Made by a program: the position numbers and the translations under genes
The notes under the pieces: model-generated
What the model was told of the DNA's origin: nothing
Database searches by the model: none
Seen by the model: only the letters and a program-made list of their open reading frames with translations
In this document: positions 58,279-64,000 of the stretch, piece by piece
Position numbering within the stretch: the first letter of the stretch is position 1
Layout: the number at the start of each line of letters is the position of its first letter
Origin: Candidatus Thorarchaeota archaeon
Lineage (GTDB): Archaea; Asgardarchaeota; Thorarchaeia; Thorarchaeales; Thorarchaeaceae
Direction of reading: 5' to 3'
Assembly: GCA_029855935.1 (NCBI GenBank)
Contig: JAGSHN010000030.1
Span: 1 to 64,000 of the forward strand
DNA: 64,000 nt

Positions 58279-58820
58279 TAACGTTCTTCCTCCTCGTCAT
58301 GGTCCTCTGGTCTCGGTGGCAACTGGAAGAGCGTTTTGCCGAGCTTCTCCAGTTCTTCGGGATAACAGTAAACAGTGGGAGGGAGCTCGGGCAGGCCGAG
58401 CTCCTTTCTTATCTTGCGAATCCTGTCGTTGATGGGGACAGCGTGGCCCGTCTTGTGTAGAAGGTCCACCGTCTTGCGATGCTTGTCGCTGATGAATCCC
58501 CTCGCTGATGCCAGGTTTCTGAGGGCAATTATCGCATCTGTCACTTGCAGGTCGCGTGGACATCTGTCATAGCATTGGTAGCATGTCGTGCAGAGCCATA
58601 TGTCGGGATCCGAGAGGACCACCTCGATGCTGAATGCAGCCTTGCGCATCACCTCGCGGGTACGCATCGCTGTCCAGCGCCCAGAGGGGCAGCTGGCGGT
58701 ACAGGTCCCGCACTGAATGCAGAGATTGGGATCGAACCCGGCTGCCTTCAATGTCTCCTCGATGGTCGGATCCCTCTTGCCGGAGTCCAGCACGCACGGT
58801 GGGTTCTTGAAGACGGACAA
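58278..58820 (-). CDS. hdrC: Heterodisulfide reductase subunit C
   Basis: CIQCGTCTASCP, IWLCTTCYQCYDRCPR, TGHAVP, LGLPELPPT. Confidence 0.95.
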   Translation of the reverse strand: MSVFKNPPCVLDSGKRDPTIEETLKAAGFDPNLCIQCGTCTASCPSGRWTAMRTREVMRKAAFSIEVVLSDPDIWLCTTCYQCYDRCPRDLQVTDAIIALRNLASARGFISDKHRKTVDLLHKTGHAVPINDRIRKIRKELGLPELPPTVYCYPEELEKLGKTLFQLPPRPEDHDEEEER

Positions 58821-58842
58821 GACGGACCACCTCGTCTGACAT

Positions 58843-59199
58843 CTACGCTCCGAAGAAGACCGTCTGGTCGGCCTCTTTCATTGTGTTGACGAGCCTGTGG
58901 ATGTCGATCACCTCGACACCGTCAATCAGGCTGCTGGCATCGATGCCGCGCTCCTTGAGACACAGACCACAGGCGATCACTTTGCCGCCGGCGTCCATAA
59001 AGTCCTGAAGGACCTGAACAACTTGGAAGAACTGCTTCGCCTCCTGTCCCTTGACGGCACAGTAGACGCCATCCTCCATCAGGATGATGGTGGTCTCACA
59101 GTCCTCCATCACAGACGTAAGTCCAATTCTGGCGGCCGTGAACGCTCCAATCTTGTCGTAGGGAGGTGTTGCGATTATTAGTGCGAACTTCTTGCTCAC
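58843..59199 (-). CDS. DsrE family sulfur-relay protein
   Basis: IIATPPY, LMEDGVY, GGKVIACGLCLKERG; GTG start after GAGGTGA. Confidence 0.88.
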   Translation of the reverse strand: MSKKFALIIATPPYDKIGAFTAARIGLTSVMEDCETTIILMEDGVYCAVKGQEAKQFFQVVQVLQDFMDAGGKVIACGLCLKERGIDASSLIDGVEVIDIHRLVNTMKEADQTVFFGA

Positions 59200-59451
59200 G
59201 TCTCTCACCTCGTTTTGGGTGTTAACGGCTCGCGGCGATGCTCTAAATAAATGTATGGCTATGAGGCTTCTCTCCAAACAATCGTTTACTGATGAGGGAA
59301 AGAGATAAATAAACGAGTGGCGGGGACCGAGGCAATACGCCCACGTGCACATATATATCGAGGGACGTCATATTCCGAAGGCCACGGAGACAGAGACGTG
59401 AAAGCCAGACTGCCTGTTGACACTCTCCGAGAACCAGAAAGGGTTCTTGAG

Positions 59452-59916
59452 ATGCTTGAGAGTGCGGCAGGCATTGACGAGCTGGACATCAGTATCATCC
59501 TCATTCTGCAGGAAAACGGACGCGCATCATTCAATGAGATAGCCAAGCGACTGGGCGTGAGCGTGGCAACGGTCAGCAAGCGTGTCAGGGCACTTGAGGA
59601 GAGGGGGATCATAAAGGGGTACGCGGCCGTCATCTCCTGTGAGAACCTCGGGTTCACCGAGAACCTGTGGCTGATGGTTCACACAAAACCGGGGGCTGAC
59701 GTAGACTCAATAGGCAAGCAGATCTCGGGGCTCATCGGCGTCAAGTGTGTGTACAGCATCTATGCCGACTTTGATCTCCTCGTACACATCTGCTGCGCGA
59801 CACAGGAAGAGATTGCCGCAACACTGCAGGCCATCGGCAAGATTCGTGATGTCGTCCGCGTCACCAAGATGAGCGTCTGCTCGAAGATAAAAGAGGAGTT
59901 CAAGATAGTCCTCTAG
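59452..59916 (+). CDS. Lrp/AsnC family regulator
   Basis: DELDISII..ENGRASFNEIAKRLG..LEERGIIKGY; divergent from the hdr operon. Confidence 0.9.
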   Translation: MLESAAGIDELDISIILILQENGRASFNEIAKRLGVSVATVSKRVRALEERGIIKGYAAVISCENLGFTENLWLMVHTKPGADVDSIGKQISGLIGVKCVYSIYADFDLLVHICCATQEEIAATLQAIGKIRDVVRVTKMSVCSKIKEEFKIVL

Positions 59917-60013
59917 CGTCGACTGGACGCTCCCGCGAGACTCCAGTGGAGTGCCATTGCCACGGAGAGTACCTCTAAAAGGACTACAGACGGGAGTTCG
60001 CCGGCGGAGACGC

Positions 60014-61489
60014 ATGGCGACAGAGAACGATCAGCGGGTGCTTCTCTCAGTGGGCATAGATGTGGGGACAGCCACATCCCATCTGGTATTCAGCAGACTC
60101 ACCCTTCAGCGGGATCCCCAGAGCAGGACCAACAAGTTCGAGGTGATGAAGAGGGAGATACTCTTCGAGGGGCCAATTCATCTCACTCCACTCATTGGAG
60201 AGACAAGGATAGACTACGACCTGCTGAAGGATATGCTGCTAGAGGACTATAGAGAGGCGGGTGTGGATCCCGGCGATGTTGACACCGGCGCAGTGATTGT
60301 GACCGGTGAGAGCGCTAGGCGTCAGAATGCCGACGAGATTGTCCGCGCGCTCGCAGGTGAGGGTGGCAGATTTGTAGCGGCAACTGCTGGACCCAATATG
60401 GAGAGCCTACTGGCCGCCTACGGCTCCGGTGCGGTGGAGCTCTCAAGAAGACAGGGCATCACTGTCATCAATGTCGACATAGGTGGAGGCTCCTCAAATG
60501 TCGCAGTATGCTCAAAGGGTCGTGTCGTTGATACCACTGCTATCAGCGTCGGCGGACGGCTTGTCGCATTGGATGAACACGGTAGAATTCGAAGGATAGA
60601 GGCGCCGGCCAAGACCATCGCCCGTCATCTCGGTCACACGCTCAGGGTCGGCCAGAGTATTGAGCCCACGGTGATTGGCGAGATCGTGACGCAGCTTGCC
60701 GATGCCCTCGCTCAGGTCTTGAGGGGACCACAGATTGACCAGCTGGCGCAGCAGCTGATGTTGACCTCCCCTCTGAAGGAGAACTACACACCCGACCTGA
60801 TTACGTTCTCTGGAGGAGTCGCGGAGTACATCTACGGCCTTGAGAAACGGTCCTTTGGAGATATTGGTCGGCAGCTCGCGGAGCAGGTTGCGATGCGCGT
60901 GGACTCACTCGGTATGTCGTTGGGGGAGGTCGAGCAGAGGATCAGAGCCACTGTCATCGGAGTGGGGCAGAACACCCTCCGTGTAAGCGGATCAACGACG
61001 TACCTCTCAGAAGGCGTCAGATTCCCGTTTCGGGATCTTCCCGTCGTCGAACCACTGCTGTCAGAGCGCTGGTGGAAGAAGGGGAGCGTCGTTGAAGAGA
61101 TAGGGCACGCGCTGAAGAGGTTTGACCTCCGAGAGGCGAGCGACGCATTCCTCCTCTCCTTCAGGGGACACCTCCCTCCTTCCTATGAGATTCTGGCAGA
61201 GTTCTCGCGCGGGCTTGTGCGGGCGGTCAGGGACCACTGTCAGGACGGAAGGCCACTGTTTCTCTGCTTTCAAGAGGACATCGGCAACAGTGTGGGGAAC
61301 ATCATCCGCAGAGAGACGGACTTTCAAGGGCCGATCATCTCTGTCGACGAGCTCGATGTGCGCGAGGGAGAGTACGTGGACATTGGAGAGCCCGTCATCG
61401 GTGAGTCTGTCGTGCCTGTGATTGTCAAGACCCTGGTGTTCGCAGGTAGTGACAGCAGACAACACAAGAGGAGAGCCTCGAAGACGTAG
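60014..61489 (+). CDS. eutA: Ethanolamine ammonia-lyase reactivating factor EutA family
   Basis: LSVGIDVGTATSHLVFS, TGAVIVTGE, FVAATAGP, DIGGGSSN, SGGVA, IRATVIG, VPVIVKTLVF. Confidence 0.9.
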   Translation: MATENDQRVLLSVGIDVGTATSHLVFSRLTLQRDPQSRTNKFEVMKREILFEGPIHLTPLIGETRIDYDLLKDMLLEDYREAGVDPGDVDTGAVIVTGESARRQNADEIVRALAGEGGRFVAATAGPNMESLLAAYGSGAVELSRRQGITVINVDIGGGSSNVAVCSKGRVVDTTAISVGGRLVALDEHGRIRRIEAPAKTIARHLGHTLRVGQSIEPTVIGEIVTQLADALAQVLRGPQIDQLAQQLMLTSPLKENYTPDLITFSGGVAEYIYGLEKRSFGDIGRQLAEQVAMRVDSLGMSLGEVEQRIRATVIGVGQNTLRVSGSTTYLSEGVRFPFRDLPVVEPLLSERWWKKGSVVEEIGHALKRFDLREASDAFLLSFRGHLPPSYEILAEFSRGLVRAVRDHCQDGRPLFLCFQEDIGNSVGNIIRRETDFQGPIISVDELDVREGEYVDIGEPVIGESVVPVIVKTLVFAGSDSRQHKRRASKT

Positions 61490-61550
61490 AGAGTGGCCCT
61501 CGAAGATAGCAGGCCAGAGATCATCTCAAGTCTATCGGTGCGCCTCACAA

Positions 61551-61994
61551 TCAGTCAGCGTACCTCGGGGCAAGGTCTCTGAACCACGGTGCAACCACGG
61601 CATGATCCACCCTGTCAGAAGAGGGAAGGTAGGGCTTGATGTCGATGACCGGTGAGCCGTCAAAGGCGTCAATCTCGTCAATCCACACACGGCACTCGTC
61701 AAGATTCACCGACTCGACCCTCACAACAGAGTGGCCGATTGGATTCGGCCTCGCCGGGCTCCTGCAGGCAAAGACACCGGAGAGTTCCGGGATCCGTCCT
61801 CCCTTCTTATGCGGATAGACTGTGGTGACAGCTCTGTCATCAGGATTGTCCCTGCCCGATATCCACCACAGCACGATGATGTGAGAGAACTTGTCAACAT
61901 TGATCAATGCGTCGCAGTATCGCCTGTCCACCTCGATGCATCTGCGGCCATCTCGCGTTGCTACGACTCCCACACTGACAATACGGAACTCCAT
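61551..61994 (-). CDS. tsaA: TsaA/TrmO family tRNA methyltransferase-like protein
   Basis: FSHIIVLWW, GVFACRSPARPNPIG, DGSPVIDIKPY. Confidence 0.88.
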   Translation of the reverse strand: MEFRIVSVGVVATRDGRRCIEVDRRYCDALINVDKFSHIIVLWWISGRDNPDDRAVTTVYPHKKGGRIPELSGVFACRSPARPNPIGHSVVRVESVNLDECRVWIDEIDAFDGSPVIDIKPYLPSSDRVDHAVVAPWFRDLAPRYAD

Positions 61995-62224
61995 AGTTCG
62001 TCTGTGTTCGAGGGTGGAGAAAAAGCCAACGGCCAGCGGTCCGTCGTCCCACATACGATGTCCCGGCCAAGGCCGAAATCCGCTAGAAGTACGCTTTTAA
62101 GTGAAGCGCTCTACAGATGAGGAGACCCCACATCGGTCCCCTCGTCTGATACAACTGACCTCAACAACAGACGGTTCCCCGTCAGCGAAGCGGACGGGTG
62201 CCAGCCACCTGATCAAGTGAAACA

Positions 62225-63520
62225 ATGATGTTGCAATTCAGCATTCAACTCTCAATGACGCTCGCAGTAGGAACGCTCGTAGTGTTCATACTGATAATGA
62301 CAATTGCAATCCTCCGATTTGCCGGTTCGCCACAGTTCAGACTGTGGGCAGCTGGTTGGGCCACAATCACAGTCGGGCATATCTTCGGTCTATTCTCTGC
62401 TCCCCGGGCGTTCAGCCTGCCAGACGTTCTCTCAATATCGGGAATGGTCGTCGGAGGGACGCTCATTGTGATTGCCCGCCGGAGGAGGGTGAAGACACGT
62501 CGGGTAGGAACTGGCATTCTATTGTCGGTTCTCGGCTCCCTCATCTACGCATCAGTGTGCTACCTTCTCACGCCCCCAGCTGTGGTTGCCAATGTCCCCG
62601 CGCATCTCTATTCGTCGCTCGTGTTTTCTGTGCTTCTAGTTGGTCTCCTTCCAACTCGGGCGAGAGGAGTATTCTTTACGCTCTTCAAGTCAAGTGTGGC
62701 CATGTGGATTCCCACCAGTGTGCTCTTCAGTCTGACTCTGCTCAGCCCTGACTCACTGTATCCAGTCTTCTTGTGGGCTGAGATGGCGATCCTTGTTCTC
62801 ATGGGCGGCGCCATCTTTGGCTTTCTTCTCATGCTCAATGACTTCAGAATTCGCCAAGAGATTGCCGCCTCGGCCATCCTGGGCGGGATCATCCAGCACG
62901 ACGTTCGGAACTATCTGCAGACAATCGCCTCCAGCCTCGAACTCATGAGGACCGATGAAGAGCGATTCGAGGAGTGGCTACAACTAGCCGGGGAGACTAC
63001 CGAACAGGCAATTGTGTTCGTCAATCAGATGCGCGAGTTCAGCGTGGCCACACTCAGGAGTGCAGCACCCACCCACGTGCTCGACATTGTAGACGTCGTC
63101 ACATCAGTCGTCGAGACGATGAACAGGCTGCGGCGATCATCGCGACAACACATAGCCTTTGAGCCCTGCGCTGAGCTCAGGGTCATCGCAAGTACGGTGG
63201 TACGTCAGGTAGTGTGGAACATCATCGACAATTCCTTCAAACATGGTAGCAAGGTCGTCACAGTCGGTTGCGGAAAGACCGACGACCACGCCTACGTCAC
63301 GATCGAGGACCAGGCCGGTGGGCTTGACGAGGAGACAATTGCCTATCTCACAGACCCCGACATCGCGTACGCCGACGCACCAGGTCTGGGTATGGGAATC
63401 ATCCTCATCAAGGGACTGACCGGGATGTCGGGCGGTGAGCTTCACGTCGAGAATATCAGCGGAGGGGACGGCACTGCCATCGGCACACGGTTCACGGTCC
63501 TCCTCCCTCTTGCCAAGTGA
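62225..63520 (+). CDS. 7TM sensor histidine kinase
   Basis: Seven TM, QHDVRN, NIIDNSFKHG, DQAGGL, GLGMG. Confidence 0.88.
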   Translation: MMLQFSIQLSMTLAVGTLVVFILIMTIAILRFAGSPQFRLWAAGWATITVGHIFGLFSAPRAFSLPDVLSISGMVVGGTLIVIARRRRVKTRRVGTGILLSVLGSLIYASVCYLLTPPAVVANVPAHLYSSLVFSVLLVGLLPTRARGVFFTLFKSSVAMWIPTSVLFSLTLLSPDSLYPVFLWAEMAILVLMGGAIFGFLLMLNDFRIRQEIAASAILGGIIQHDVRNYLQTIASSLELMRTDEERFEEWLQLAGETTEQAIVFVNQMREFSVATLRSAAPTHVLDIVDVVTSVVETMNRLRRSSRQHIAFEPCAELRVIASTVVRQVVWNIIDNSFKHGSKVVTVGCGKTDDHAYVTIEDQAGGLDEETIAYLTDPDIAYADAPGLGMGIILIKGLTGMSGGELHVENISGGDGTAIGTRFTVLLPLAK

Positions 63521-63700
63521 GTGTTCGAGAGCCGGGTCGAACCATACCTCTCTCCGAGTTGGCTCCCCCGCGTGGCGACACCGATATCGTCTATGTGTAT
63601 CTTGTCACACCACCGTGCACAACTAGAGGTTTCCAGGACGGGGTGCACACAGCGACCACCATAACGCTTATTTTGGCGAAAATGAGTGAAAATACCTGCG
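63521..63700 (+). promoter_or_regulatory. Putative CRISPR leader
   Basis: Non-coding, AT-richer near the first repeat (ataacgcttattttggcgaaaatgagtgaaaat); the first repeat is intact. Confidence 0.45.
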
Positions 63701-64000
63701 GTTTGAATCGGACTAGAAGTAGGGTTGAAACCTCCTCCTGCTTGGCAGTGGCACTGGGTGTCTCGTCCTCGGTTTGAATCGGACTAGAAGTAGGGTTGAA
63801 ACATTCTTGATGGTAATATAAATATCACGATTAGACTTTGGTTTGAATCGGACTAGAAGTAGGGTTGAAACCGCACATGTGCTCCTCGAACAACTTGCTG
63901 TCATAGATGGTTTGAATCGGACTAGAAGTAGGGTTGAAACATGGAGTGTTATTTAATGAAACGATTTATGCTTCATGTTTGAATCGGACTAGAAGTAGGG
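63701..64000 (+). CRISPR. CRISPR array, truncated by window end
   Basis: 31-nt repeat GTTTGAATCGGACTAGAAGTAGGGTTGAAAC at 63701, 63772, 63841, 63910 and partial at 63977; unique spacers of 40, 38, 38 and 36 nt. Confidence 0.97.

Noticed and set aside
53704-58820. Evidence for methanogenesis or an H2-using Mvh-Hdr complex
   Set aside because: No mcr/mtr genes here and no large subunit with RxCxxC or DPCxxC motifs
50881-59199. Calling the cluster the known sHdr sulfur-oxidation system
   Set aside because: Single hdrC/hdrB, full-length methanogen-type HdrA, mvhD/G present, no lipoate-binding protein or lipoylation genes in the window
63517-63904. ORFs 63517..63777 and 63713..63904
   Set aside because: They run through the CRISPR leader and repeats
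1-64000. Numerous antisense and overlapping ORFs (e.g. 57568..58269, 36223..36861, 52295..52882, 27114..27770)
   Set aside because: Shadows of well-supported genes in GC-rich DNA, with no recognisable motifs
1-64000. tRNA, rRNA, transposase, integrase or cas genes
   Set aside because: None recognised by eye; a tRNAscan-SE/Infernal/HMM run would be needed to exclude divergent ones

Overview
GC-rich, gene-dense archaeal chromosome segment. It is most likely from an Asgard archaeon (Thorarchaeota-like); this is inferred from a single-domain gelsolin, three longin-like domain proteins, an LRR protein and F420 genes. It holds about 60 CDS: metabolism and housekeeping (geranylgeranyl reductase, amidohydrolases, cofE, ade, sfsA, tsaA, eutA), transport (MFS, ECF, ABC, VIT1, ArsR-controlled P1B ATPase) and signalling (three histidine kinases, an ODP-like di-iron protein, longin-WH proteins). 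It also has an NLR-like STAND NTPase with HEAT-like repeats beside a decayed cofE copy, and the start of a CRISPR array with no cas genes in view. The best candidate for an undescribed system is the minus-strand operon dsrE-hdrC-hdrB-hdrA-mvhD-mvhG*-frhB*-tusA (52421-59199), with a second tusA/dsrE set next to it. The Hdr subunits are methanogen-like, but the MvhG homologue appears fused to a shrunken [NiFe] large-subunit relic that lacks the Ni-binding cysteines, and an FrhB-like subunit follows. This suggests a nickel-free, F420-linked, probably bifurcating Hdr complex acting on TusA/DsrE-bound sulfur. All family assignments come from motif recognition by eye; no searches were run.
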